Source of the DNA: Bdellovibrionota bacterium
GTDB lineage: Bacteria > Bdellovibrionota_C > UBA2361 > JBGSMV01
Length of the DNA: 32,934 nt
Direction: 5' to 3'
NCBI GenBank assembly: GCA_044356455.1
Contig: JBIKWF010000042.1
Location: 1 to 32,934, forward strand
Part shown: positions 9,606-18,832 of the stretch, in pieces
How positions within the stretch are numbered: position 1 is the first letter of the stretch
Layout of the letters: each line of letters opens with the position of its first letter
Program-made: the position numbers and the translations under genes
The notes under the pieces: model-generated
Database searches by the model: none
The model's input: only the letters and a program-made list of their open reading frames with translations
Told to the model about the DNA's origin: nothing

Positions 9606-11777
9606 TTACACCCGAATTGCACCCACCGGCTCCACTACCACTGAGGGCTCAAGCTCGTGATGGGCAACCACGGGAACCTCAAGGCTACACTGACGCAAGA
9701 ACGCAACAACGCGAGCCCTAAGCTCCGGCGCCACGAGCAATGAGATCTGACCTGTGCCGAAGCGCCGAATCGGCCCAAGCACTTCAGACAGCGCCCGAAG
9801 GAGTCGCTCTGCCTGGTCCGGCGCAATTCCTAGCGTCCCATTCGGAGAAACCGCAGGCGTCTCTGCGAGAAGCGCCTCAGCACTTTCGTGGAGAGTGACC
9901 ACTCGCAGGCTGCGCCTCAGCGACAATAAAGGCCCAAGAACATGTCGCCTGCGAGAGGCGCGGACAAAGGACACCACTTCTTCGAGATCAAATTCTCCAT
10001 CAGCGACAAGTGAGGCCCCCGTCGTTGAACAATAGGTCGCTACCGCCTCTATAATTTGCCGCGAATCCCGAATTCCCACCCCTTCACGCACCAGCTCTTG
10101 GAGCAGCTCAGCAAATCGCGCGGGAGTGAAGTAATCCCTATTCAAGGTTCGCGATAGCAGGCCCGGGAACCTCTTCTCCAACCGATTCTCTATCTCAATC
10201 ACTTCCGCGACAGATAAGACCTCTTCGGGGACACTTCTCAGAAACCCAGCCGTGCGAAGGGCGATGTACTGAAAATGATCATACGTCGCGACTCCCGCTG
10301 CCTCGAGCACTCGCCGCTGCGTTTCTGAAGCAGAAACCCAGACCACCGTACTTCCACCTGAAGGGTGCGGCACTTCTTCGAGTACCTCTAGCCCGAACTC
10401 AGAAGCCGCATGCGGGCTCACCTCCGCGAGCAATCCATCCGGTACGAGAGCTTCTTCCAAAACGAGGGTGCCGCGCACCGATACGCGGTAATAACAAAAA
10501 GAGGAAAGAGGATCGACTACTACACGCAGCGCAGGCAGCTGCAAACCAATCTCTTGAGCAAAATCTGCCTCAAGTTGCTGCCACCAAAGGCGGTAGCGGG
10601 CCTGATCTTCCTTGTATTTCTTATAGAGGTACGAACTATCAAGGGAGACCTTAAGAATGCTCGCTTCCTCCTGAGTCGAAGCGTCAAGGCCGAGCAGGAG
10701 CGATGAAGGTGCATCGGCAATGACGATAGAAGTCGCTGGCTGACGCGAAGCATTTGACGCGCCAGAGGGGCCTCTTTGCTGCCTCCAACCTAGGACGGCA
10801 AGAGCTCCGCCCACGACGAGAAAAGGCAAAGGAGGCAATCCAGGAACGAGTCCCATGGCCGCCACAATCGCGCCACCAAACATCACGGTACCTGGCCTTG
10901 CAAATAGCTGCGCCTGCACATCGGAGCCAAGCGAGGACCCTTCGCCGGACGAAACGCGCGTCACCACCATGCCTGCGCATATAGAAATGAGAATTGCCGG
11001 AATCTGGTGGACCAGCCCGTCGCCCACAGTCAGCGTGGTATAGGTGTTGACGGCCTCCGAGAACGAGCTTCCGCCGCTCATCCCGAGATAGATACCGGCG
11101 AGAATATTCACCGCAATAATAAAGAGTCCAGCGACCGCGTCGCCCTGCACAAACTTCATGGCGCCGTCCATAGAGCCGTACAGCTGAGACTCCTTCCTTA
11201 GATCTTCTCGGCGGCGCTGAGCGTCGCCGGGCGAAAGAAGCCCCGCTCGCACATCGGCATCAATTGCCATCTGCTTACCGGGAAGCGCATCAAGCGCAAA
11301 CCTGGCTGCTACCTCAGAGACACGCGCCGCTCCGCGAGCAACGACTATAAAATTAACCATGGTGAGAATGAGGAAGATGATAAGACCTACAACTATCTCC
11401 CCTCGAATCAAGAACGTTCCAAAGGCATGAATCACCTCTCCGGCCTCGCCCTGACTAAGGATCAGGCGCGTAGAGGCGACATTCAAACCAAGGCGAAAGA
11501 GAGTAGTGAGCAAAAGAATGCTCGGGAACGAGAGGAGTGCGAGCGCATTAGGCAGATAGAGACCTGCGAGAAGCAAAATCAGCGAAAACGAGATATTAAT
11601 AACGAGTAGAAAATCGAGCAGCAAGGTCGGCAGAGGCACGAGCAACATTGCCGTGATCGAGATCAGAAATGCGGCTAAGAGGATATCACTGGCCCGTGCG
11701 GTGCGAATCATAATCGGTTCTTTCTCAGACGCAGACGAAGCTCCTCTATTGTAGGCTCCCCTGGCGTTTCGCACCAT
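9606..11777 (-). CDS. sctV: type III secretion export gate protein, SctV/FlhA (FHIPEP) family
   Basis: FPSILLLTTLFRLGLNVASTRLIL, RVSEVAARFALDALPGKQMAIDAD, YGSMDGAMKFVQGDA, LTVGDGLVHQIPA, LVREGVGIRD; alternative start at 11711 (MIRTAR). SctV versus FlhA cannot be settled without phylogeny. Confidence 0.93.
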   Translation of the reverse strand: MVRNARGAYNRGASSASEKEPIMIRTARASDILLAAFLISITAMLLVPLPTLLLDFLLVINISFSLILLLAGLYLPNALALLSFPSILLLTTLFRLGLNVASTRLILSQGEAGEVIHAFGTFLIRGEIVVGLIIFLILTMVNFIVVARGAARVSEVAARFALDALPGKQMAIDADVRAGLLSPGDAQRRREDLRKESQLYGSMDGAMKFVQGDAVAGLFIIAVNILAGIYLGMSGGSSFSEAVNTYTTLTVGDGLVHQIPAILISICAGMVVTRVSSGEGSSLGSDVQAQLFARPGTVMFGGAIVAAMGLVPGLPPLPFLVVGGALAVLGWRQQRGPSGASNASRQPATSIVIADAPSSLLLGLDASTQEEASILKVSLDSSYLYKKYKEDQARYRLWWQQLEADFAQEIGLQLPALRVVVDPLSSFCYYRVSVRGTLVLEEALVPDGLLAEVSPHAASEFGLEVLEEVPHPSGGSTVVWVSASETQRRVLEAAGVATYDHFQYIALRTAGFLRSVPEEVLSVAEVIEIENRLEKRFPGLLSRTLNRDYFTPARFAELLQELVREGVGIRDSRQIIEAVATYCSTTGASLVADGEFDLEEVVSFVRASRRRHVLGPLLSLRRSLRVVTLHESAEALLAETPAVSPNGTLGIAPDQAERLLRALSEVLGPIRRFGTGQISLLVAPELRARVVAFLRQCSLEVPVVAHHELEPSVVVEPVGAIRV

Positions 11778-11883
11778 CTCCCATGAAAATTCTACAAGAC
11801 CTTTTCGTGGTACCGGAAACGATAGGAGACGTACCGTCGCCCCTCAACGCGCAAGAAGGCACCTACCTGCCCTGCCCAAGGGG

Positions 11884-12813
11884 CTACTGCCCACCGAAGG
11901 CCAACAGCAACTGCGTTCCAAAGCCAATCGTGAAGATAAGCATAAATCCAACGAACACTAGCCCCACCGGTCCGGTCGCCTCAAGCTCGAGTCGCTTAAT
12001 CTTGGCTTCGACCTTCGTCTCTCTCTGGGACGAGACGGCGTCAGCAAGCTCTTGGAGCTGCTTCGTGATCTCACCACCATGCTTCGAAACTTGTGACAGC
12101 GACATGAACGTATGCTTGAGCTCGTTATGCCCCGAGAGTTTTCCGACTTCCATAAGCGACTCTGAGAGCGAGAGTCCCGACTTACTCAGAAGCTGCGCAT
12201 GACGAAGGAGCTCCGTCACGGGGTTGTGGCTATCTCGCTCATCAGACATTTGCACTACTCGCTGCAAACATGGCCCAATATCCAGCGAACTACTCACACC
12301 GATAACAATTTGCTCTACCACAAGAGGGAGATAGAACAGAATGTCCTCGCTGCGCTGCTTAATACGTCTATCAAGAATTGAAAAGGGCAACTGCACACCG
12401 AGCAGAACACCGAAGATGAGACCAAATATGGCGAAAGTCGATCCCGCCGAAACTAAGGAGAGGCCTAACACCAAGGGCAGAACGATCGGGGCAATCAGGC
12501 GAATCTGCCCAAACTGCTTACGCTCCTGCTCCGTAAACATACCAGCATGAAAGAAGCGCTCCTGCATCGTAACCGGAGCTTTGCCTTTTATCTTCTTCTT
12601 TGCGGCGGATTTGGCCGCTTCAAAATCCTCTTCCGCATTACCGGTACGTGTTCTGGTTCTTGAATCTGATTGAGAGAAGGACGACGTTCCTCCTGACATC
12701 ATGGCGCGCAGATTCGTCTGTCTCCGCGGGAACACCACGAAGTAGAGCAAAAAGGCGCCCGAGAGAAAGGCTCCCATGATTGCTACTAATCCAATGACCG
12801 CTCCTGAGCTCAT
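11884..12813 (-). CDS. tadC: Tad pilus inner-membrane platform protein TadC (T2SSF family)
   Basis: N-terminal TM, two central TMs, RRIKQRSEDILFYLP, GGEITKQLQELA, C-terminal TM; follows tadB. Confidence 0.85.
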   Translation of the reverse strand: MSSGAVIGLVAIMGAFLSGAFLLYFVVFPRRQTNLRAMMSGGTSSFSQSDSRTRTRTGNAEEDFEAAKSAAKKKIKGKAPVTMQERFFHAGMFTEQERKQFGQIRLIAPIVLPLVLGLSLVSAGSTFAIFGLIFGVLLGVQLPFSILDRRIKQRSEDILFYLPLVVEQIVIGVSSSLDIGPCLQRVVQMSDERDSHNPVTELLRHAQLLSKSGLSLSESLMEVGKLSGHNELKHTFMSLSQVSKHGGEITKQLQELADAVSSQRETKVEAKIKRLELEATGPVGLVFVGFMLIFTIGFGTQLLLAFGGQ

Positions 12814-12871
12814 ATATCCTTAAACCTTTGCCGCGCTACGCGCTCCCTGTCGTGACCAACTTGCCTTGCCC

Positions 12872-13843
12872 TCACACTCGAATCTTTGTTACCTGCCGCA
12901 CCCAGAAGATTCCGAGCAGAATGACGCAAATACCAACCTGCCATACCTGCCACCCGGTTTCATCATTCAGTCCCGCCATGATCATATCGGGGTACATCAG
13001 ATACATATAAAATTGCATAGCACAGAGCATAAAGATGATGATCCAAATGGATCCGCGCTGCATACCTACGGCCGAAACGGCAGCGCTACGGAAGTACTGG
13101 CGTTTACGCACTTGTTTCGCGAGACGCTCGAGCGTGTCAGAAAGCGTTCCACCGACGCGCCGACTAAGAAGCAGCGCCTGCACAAAAAGCTCAATCTCGG
13201 GATGGTAGACATCTTCCCCAAATGCACCGATCGATTTGTCTTCAGACACTCCAAAGCGGAGGCGCTCAATCATCATCTCGACCTCTTCTCGCACGAGAGA
13301 ATCAGGCTCAAGACCTTGAGCCGCAGCTTCTAGCCCCTGCACAGGATTCATACCTGTCTTGAGCAGTCCCACGAGCGAAAGCAAAAACTGGGGGTAGTCT
13401 ACGTCAAAGCGCTTCATGCGTTTTTCAAGCTTAGAGTTCACGAGCCAGCGCATAAATAAGGGGCCCGTAAGGAGCGACATGAGCTGAAGAATGATGTTCA
13501 TGTACATACTCACGACAATAAAGGCGAGTATGCTGATACCTACTTCTAAGCTATGAAAGGCCACAACAGGAATAGGAAGCTGCGCGAACTTGAGGCGCTT
13601 CTTGATCGTCAATTTTGATGAGGTAACTTTTTTCTCTGAGCTGATAGCCGTAAGCGCGTCGGGCTTGCCTTCTTTCCCAGTCGCCCGATCGTCCATTGAA
13701 TTAAGGCGCTGCGAAGACGCCATCATTCCGCGGTAGTTTCCGGTGAGGCCAGTTTTGCGACCACCGCCGCCTAAAAGGATCACGAGCGCGAGGAGTGCCA
13801 CCGCTGCGACTACCACTAAGAGGATCAACAGCCCTGTACTCAC
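12872..13843 (-). CDS. tadB: Tad pilus inner-membrane platform protein TadB
   Basis: GTG start with GGAGAG RBS; RFDVDYPQFL..LKTG, RRVGGTLSDTLERLA, two C-terminal TMs; follows tadA. Confidence 0.88.
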   Translation of the reverse strand: MSTGLLILLVVVAAVALLALVILLGGGGRKTGLTGNYRGMMASSQRLNSMDDRATGKEGKPDALTAISSEKKVTSSKLTIKKRLKFAQLPIPVVAFHSLEVGISILAFIVVSMYMNIILQLMSLLTGPLFMRWLVNSKLEKRMKRFDVDYPQFLLSLVGLLKTGMNPVQGLEAAAQGLEPDSLVREEVEMMIERLRFGVSEDKSIGAFGEDVYHPEIELFVQALLLSRRVGGTLSDTLERLAKQVRKRQYFRSAAVSAVGMQRGSIWIIIFMLCAMQFYMYLMYPDMIMAGLNDETGWQVWQVGICVILLGIFWVRQVTKIRV

Positions 13844-13854
13844 AAGCTCTCTCC

Positions 13855-15402
13855 TTAGCGCCTACTACCCGCCTTCGCGGAAGTCTGCTGCTCGTTAATA
13901 TTACCAAAACCAATTTCTGGCGGAGAGTCTCCAAGCCGAATTCCGTTGGCTTCAAGAATCTCCTCAAATGAACTTGTCCAAGAATCTACGCGCCAGAGTG
14001 GACGTTCACCCGTTCTGCAAATCGAAAACATCGGGCGCACTTGGATCTGCCCCTCAACAAAGTGGCCGACCTCCACAATCTCTCCCACGCGCGGCTTGCC
14101 GAGCCCCTTTTCACGGAACATCCAAATAACTACATCAACGGCAAGTGCAATTTGCTGGCGAATAATATCGATAGCTACTGATTTTTGGGCTCGTCCGAGT
14201 AAGCTCTCAAGACGCACCAGTGTCTCGCGCGCGTTACGCGCATGCACCGTAGTCATTCCAACGTGACCTGTCTGAGCACTTTCAAGAAACGCCTCGGCCG
14301 AGAAGGGCGTTCTCATTTCTCCGAGAATAACGCGCGTGGGCGTCATACGAAGCGTGGTCTTAATATGCTCTTGTAGAGTGACCTCACCGATTCCTTCGAT
14401 ATTCGGAGGTCTCGACACCAGCGAGCGGAAATAAGGATGGCTGAAGTTAACTTCAGGCGTGTCCTCGACCGCCACAATCGACTCATCGGGTCCAAATTGC
14501 GTCCCAAGGCACTTCACGAGTGTCGTTTTACCTGTTCCCGTTTCTCCCGCCACGATTACGGTGACGTGACCACTGCGCATGAGCGCGGCGAGATATTGCA
14601 CGATAAAGGGCGGAGCCACTTGATAGGTGACCAAGCTCTCAAGCGTCACCTCCATGATGCGCGGCACGCGGATACAAAGCAGCGGACCGCGAGTACCGCA
14701 CACACTTTCATGGATGGCGCAAATACGAATACCGTTGGGGAAAGATCCGTCCACCGTGTGTTGCTGAGTGGAGAGTGATTTCCCAAGTCGCAAAAGTAGT
14801 CGGTCAAGAAAGGCTCCATATGCTTGGGCATTGGGCCAATGAAGTCCGGTGGTTTCACTTACTTTACCGCGCTGGAGCACTACCGTCTGGTAGTCATACA
14901 CATGGATATCGGTAACTTCTTTGTTATCAATCAAAGGCTGGAGCACGCCCCACCCCATCAGATCTTTCTGAAGCGCGATAATGACGTGCGCGCGCTCAAG
15001 ATCGTCTATGGCTTCTGATCGCTTTCGAAGCACCCGATCAACCGCGGCAGCAATTGAGGATTCTGCGATATTTACTGTGCCGTCAGCATTATTAAGATTG
15101 AACTCACTTCCTAACTCACGACGAGCCTCTCGCAGAATCGTACTTGCCAGAGGAGAAAGCTTTCCACGCGTAGCTGCGGTCTGACGCGCAGCTGTTCCTT
15201 GCGTTGCGCTTGCAGGAGCTTGAGAAGTTGCGCGCGTCGTTACGGCATTTGTTGAGGTAGCGCCCGCATTGGAGCCTTGTCCGGGCGCATTCGCACGTTC
15301 GGGGCCACTCGCACCGCCTCGCGTGCTTCCGCGCGTGGAGAACAGACCCATCAAAGAGTCTTTATCGCCACCTGAGCCGCCATTATCCGAACCGCTGGCC
15401 AT
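13855..15402 (-). CDS. tadA: Tad pilus assembly ATPase TadA/CpaF
   Basis: GWGVLQPLIDNKEVTDI, Walker A GETGTGKT, Asp box VEDTPE, LRMTPTRVILGEMR, His box GHVGMTTVHA. Confidence 0.93.
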   Translation of the reverse strand: MASGSDNGGSGGDKDSLMGLFSTRGSTRGGASGPERANAPGQGSNAGATSTNAVTTRATSQAPASATQGTAARQTAATRGKLSPLASTILREARRELGSEFNLNNADGTVNIAESSIAAAVDRVLRKRSEAIDDLERAHVIIALQKDLMGWGVLQPLIDNKEVTDIHVYDYQTVVLQRGKVSETTGLHWPNAQAYGAFLDRLLLRLGKSLSTQQHTVDGSFPNGIRICAIHESVCGTRGPLLCIRVPRIMEVTLESLVTYQVAPPFIVQYLAALMRSGHVTVIVAGETGTGKTTLVKCLGTQFGPDESIVAVEDTPEVNFSHPYFRSLVSRPPNIEGIGEVTLQEHIKTTLRMTPTRVILGEMRTPFSAEAFLESAQTGHVGMTTVHARNARETLVRLESLLGRAQKSVAIDIIRQQIALAVDVVIWMFREKGLGKPRVGEIVEVGHFVEGQIQVRPMFSICRTGERPLWRVDSWTSSFEEILEANGIRLGDSPPEIGFGNINEQQTSAKAGSRR

Positions 15403-15462
15403 CTAAAACCTCACAAGCTAAAACCCTGACGAGCTAAAAGCTTCGCGTCATTTCAGCGCTCC

Positions 15463-15478
15463 CTGATATCAATATCAG
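15463..15478. promoter_or_regulatory. palindrome upstream of tadA
   Basis: CTGATAT-CA-ATATCAG (7-2-7) about 60 nt upstream of the tadA start. Confidence 0.3.
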
Positions 15479-15589
15479 AAGTAGCCCTGCGGACTCCGCG
15501 CCTCAAAGAAGCACGAAGCACCTTGTTAACCTCTTTCGTAACCAGCCGCCTCGTACCGGCGCGGCATGAATGAAGCCCTGCGGCTTCGA

Positions 15590-16471
15590 CTACTGGGCGG
15601 ACTCAGGAACAAGCCTTCCGCCTGGCTTCACACAATAACGTGTACCCGCCATAACCACCGAGCCTTGACAATCGCTGACTGGTCCCGCGGAATTTTGCGT
15701 TCCAAGCAGGTCATCAACGGTCAGTATCGCAGATTCATTGCTTGACTTCACGTCGGTATCACCGCGCAGCTGCAAGGTGATGCTGCCCTGAGTAACGGCA
15801 AGACTTATGCGCGCCGCATCCTCAGATGAAACAAGTAAGGTAACCGTTGACGGCACCGCAGCTCCAGGCTGCTGTGAATTTTGAGTCTGCCGCTCTGCCG
15901 AAAGTACTCGGGCGTTTTGAACGATACGTGTAATACCGCCTCGACCGCGCACACTGGAGATCCACATCACGTCAACGCGCGCTCCCGGACGAACCCAGCC
16001 TTCTACGGCACTGCGTGCATCTACAGAAATGGTAATGGCACGATAGCCTTCGGGAATACTTGCAGTAATCGCACTGGTGGGCTTCACACTCGTCATGAAG
16101 TCACGGTGCAGGGGCTGGCCCCCAAGAATGAGAGACCTTGAGAACTGGCCCTTTAATTCTTCAAAATCAACCACGACGCGCGGCGATACGCCAACTTGAG
16201 GGCGCGATTCTTTTCTAAAGAGGGTCGGATCGAGCTGAATACCCGCCTCGATATCGCGAGCTGGCACAAGCACATCGATCATTTTAACCGGTGGCTCTTG
16301 AGGTGCTTCCGCAAGTTTTGGTGGTTCCGAGATGGGAGCCGACGCCCCGGCGTAGATTGCTAGAAATGCGATCGCGAGACAGGTGACGATAAGGAACACA
16401 CCAACCACGACCATTATACGGGTCCGGTCTGTGTGACGCGACGCTCCTATTGTTCCAAAGTGCCTTGACAT
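15590..16471 (-). CDS. cpaB: Flp pilus assembly protein CpaB/RcpC
   Basis: N-terminal TM, SAF-like VLVPARDIEAG, IPEGYRAITISVD..SAVEGWVRPGARVDV, VTLLVS, ITLQLRG. Confidence 0.92.
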   Translation of the reverse strand: MSRHFGTIGASRHTDRTRIMVVVGVFLIVTCLAIAFLAIYAGASAPISEPPKLAEAPQEPPVKMIDVLVPARDIEAGIQLDPTLFRKESRPQVGVSPRVVVDFEELKGQFSRSLILGGQPLHRDFMTSVKPTSAITASIPEGYRAITISVDARSAVEGWVRPGARVDVMWISSVRGRGGITRIVQNARVLSAERQTQNSQQPGAAVPSTVTLLVSSEDAARISLAVTQGSITLQLRGDTDVKSSNESAILTVDDLLGTQNSAGPVSDCQGSVVMAGTRYCVKPGGRLVPESAQ

Positions 16472-16822
16472 ACTCCCCCGCCGAACTAATTCGACTGCGA
16501 CTAACCTACTTACAACCTTTCGAGAACTCTCGAATGGCTCAAGTAATCTTAGCGTCGCCGAAAGGAGCAGCTAACCGTCCAATAAACTCCCAACCGGCAA
16601 CTCTTAGACATTCATGTGCTCGAAATATCCACGAAAAATTTCGCGGCCACTCCTGCTCGATGAACATCGAAGAACGAAAAGAAACTTCCTTCTCGCCTTG
16701 AAAATTACCCCTCAAGAACTTCCGTCACGCACGAAACTTCCGCGAATAACCAAGCTCAAGACACCACTTCTTACAAAACCTTCCCCGCCAAGGCAGCGAG
16801 TGCTCTATTCAATACTCGACTG

Positions 16823-16922
16823 AAAAGAGCGCCCTTTCGGGCAGTGACTTGCTCCTTTGGGGAGCAAGTCACTCTAACTCCGGAAGCAGATCAAAAGATT
16901 GCTCTTTTTATCCACCTGCCGG
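16823..16922 (-). terminator. three stacked hairpins in the flp 3' region (terminator or mRNA stabiliser)
   Basis: On the minus strand: long imperfect stem capped by AAAAGA-GCAA-TCTTTT; perfect 13-bp stem AGTGACTTGCTCC/GGAGCAAGTCACT (16843-16873); GCCC-GAAA-GGGC followed by GCTCTTTT. Confidence 0.7.
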
Positions 16923-16939
16923 CTAAACCCTAACCAAAA

Positions 16940-17131
16940 CTAGCTGGTAGCTAGGATGGTAGCATTAAGAGCCGAGAACTTGCCGGAGATTGTCGTTCCG
17001 AAAATTCTCAGAACGGCAACTGCCGCCAGTGCGATTAGCGTTACGAGGAGGATGTACTCCACGAAAGTCGCTGCCCGCTCCTTCTTACTATTCTTCTCGA
17101 CCGAAACTTCAGATTTCTTCAGTTCATTCAT
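16940..17131 (-). CDS. flp: Flp family type IVb/c pilin
   Basis: 63 aa, charged leader, ERA/ATFVEYILLVTLIALAAVAVL..FG...SGKF; strong GGAGG RBS. Confidence 0.9.
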   Translation of the reverse strand: MNELKKSEVSVEKNSKKERAATFVEYILLVTLIALAAVAVLRIFGTTISGKFSALNATILATS

Positions 17132-17431
17132 ACTAATTTCCTCCAGTTCAGGAACAAACCCTCGTGTGAATCTCCTAATGCGACAAAGGCCAGCATCTAA
17201 GTTCGACTAAAACTCGACTTACCAAAGCGGTTCTGGAGAGTATCAGCCCGATATCCACCTAAGGATTTCGAGAAAAATTCGCCAAAAACACAGGTAACAC
17301 TCTGAATCGTCAGGCCAAACCCGTTAGACAAGCTCTATAGAGCAGTCAGAGATCACACTCCTATTGAGACACTACCGCTTCAAGAATCTACCGCAAGATT
17401 CAAATCGACCAGATACTAGAAAACTTTAGTA

Positions 17432-17448
17432 GGCAATTTACGGGCCAA
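17432..17448 (-). promoter_or_regulatory. candidate sigma54 (-24/-12) promoter for flp
   Basis: Minus strand TTGGCCCGTAAATTGCC matches TGGC-N7-TTGC with exact GG-N10-GC spacing; intergenic and oriented toward flp. Confidence 0.55.
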
Positions 17449-17456
17449 CTGGCGTT

Positions 17457-18758
17457 CTATTTCTGCCCGATAAGGGGAACCTCTTTCGAAGTGCCGGGAG
17501 CCTCCGCTTTTTGGCCCCCGCTACGTCCAAAAAGGCGACTTAGCCAGCCACCACCGCCCCCCGAACCACTTGCCGCCCCTTCTTGGTCACCAGCCTTGGG
17601 GTCAATGACCCCAAGTTCTCGGGCAATGGCTTCAAGCTTATCACGGGTGCCTTTTTGCCCCATGCTGTAGAGGGTTCGCCCACTACCAGGCCACAAGGCG
17701 GCCTTGGGGTCATTGGGGACCGGAGGAAGACGCCACGGAGCCTCCCCTAGATGATGAGCAGGCTCGAGCTCGGCCATAATCTGGTCTACCCCAAGCAGGG
17801 CTCCGGAGTACGGGTTCACAAGAAACATAAGCCTATCGGTGCTGCCGACCAGCGTTTTCACAAAGGTCAGGTACAGATCGACGGCGGTGAGCCCAAGAAT
17901 AGTGTCATCTATGACAATAAGCACCACATCGGCCATGCGCATGATGGTGCCAGTGGCGGGCCCGAGCCTTCCACCGGTATCTATCACCACTACATCAAAG
18001 AGCACACGCGAGAGCTCGACGACGCGCTGGGCGATGGTCATGCCATCAGTGTGACAGACCAAGTCCATCGATTCCGCCATGCGATCAGGCGGCATGAGTA
18101 CAGAAACTTCTGTGCTGATGGGAATCACTGCATCACGCAAAGACTCGCGAGAGATCTCGCGCGATCCATTGACCCAAGCGCTTACCACTTTAGCTTCAAC
18201 GCCGTTCACGGTAAGTGAGCGGCTCAAATCGCGGGTCTCAACGTCCAGGTCCCATAACAGGGTCCTACGATTATACACGCTGCACACCTCCCCAAGAGCA
18301 GCAGCGATCGAAGTTGCACCAACTCCGCCCTTAGCGTGCGTTACCGCAATAACGCGTCCTTCTCTTGTTCTCCCCTCTCTTCTGAACTCGGCATGAATCG
18401 CAACAAGCTCCTGGAGAAAGTCGAGAGGACTTGCACTGTCAGGGAATACCTTTCGCACACCTGCTGAGTGCGCCGTTCGGAATGCACCGCCGCCGTATGC
18501 CTCGTCGGTGACGAACATGACGATGTGAAGCCAAGGCGCTACCGCAAGGGCTTGACGAGCGAGAGCAACGGCACGGTCTCCAAGACCAGAGCCCAGCACC
18601 AGCACATCCGCCTCAGCTATCCGCTCAGCAGCCTCACGCTCCGCCACAAGCTTGACTTTTAGATCAAGCATCTCCATGTCGGCCTGATTAAAAGCCTCGA
18701 TGCGCTTTGCGCAAAAAGCTTGGGCCTCTGTTGTGTTGTCGACAATAAGTAGCTTCAT
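17457..18758 (-). CDS. cpaE: CpaE/TadZ-like pilus localisation protein (pseudo-receiver plus MinD/ParA-like ATPase)
   Basis: MKLLIVD receiver start with Gly at the phospho-Asp position (VLVLG); deviant Walker A KGGVGAT; LWDLD; FDVVVIDTG; C-terminal amphipathic GGWLSRLFGR. Confidence 0.85.
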   Translation of the reverse strand: MKLLIVDNTTEAQAFCAKRIEAFNQADMEMLDLKVKLVAEREAAERIAEADVLVLGSGLGDRAVALARQALAVAPWLHIVMFVTDEAYGGGAFRTAHSAGVRKVFPDSASPLDFLQELVAIHAEFRREGRTREGRVIAVTHAKGGVGATSIAAALGEVCSVYNRRTLLWDLDVETRDLSRSLTVNGVEAKVVSAWVNGSREISRESLRDAVIPISTEVSVLMPPDRMAESMDLVCHTDGMTIAQRVVELSRVLFDVVVIDTGGRLGPATGTIMRMADVVLIVIDDTILGLTAVDLYLTFVKTLVGSTDRLMFLVNPYSGALLGVDQIMAELEPAHHLGEAPWRLPPVPNDPKAALWPGSGRTLYSMGQKGTRDKLEAIARELGVIDPKAGDQEGAASGSGGGGGWLSRLFGRSGGQKAEAPGTSKEVPLIGQK

Positions 18759-18832
18759 TGCTTCCTTGAGAGGTGATTGTTTGGCCCCTCTTATTTAAGT
18801 CATCCTAACCAATTAGAATTCTTGCCACAATC

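Noticed and set aside
15483..15583. 10-bp direct repeat AGCCCTGCGG between cpaB and tadA
   Set aside because: Short, only two copies and one is part of a local hairpin; no supportable function.
15403..17456. Possible c-di-GMP riboswitch in tad intergenic regions
   Set aside because: No GEMM-type conserved pattern could be identified by eye; an Infernal search would be needed.
17457..18758. Deviant Walker A and Asp-less receiver in CpaE as a novelty
   Set aside because: These are established features of the TadZ/CpaE family.
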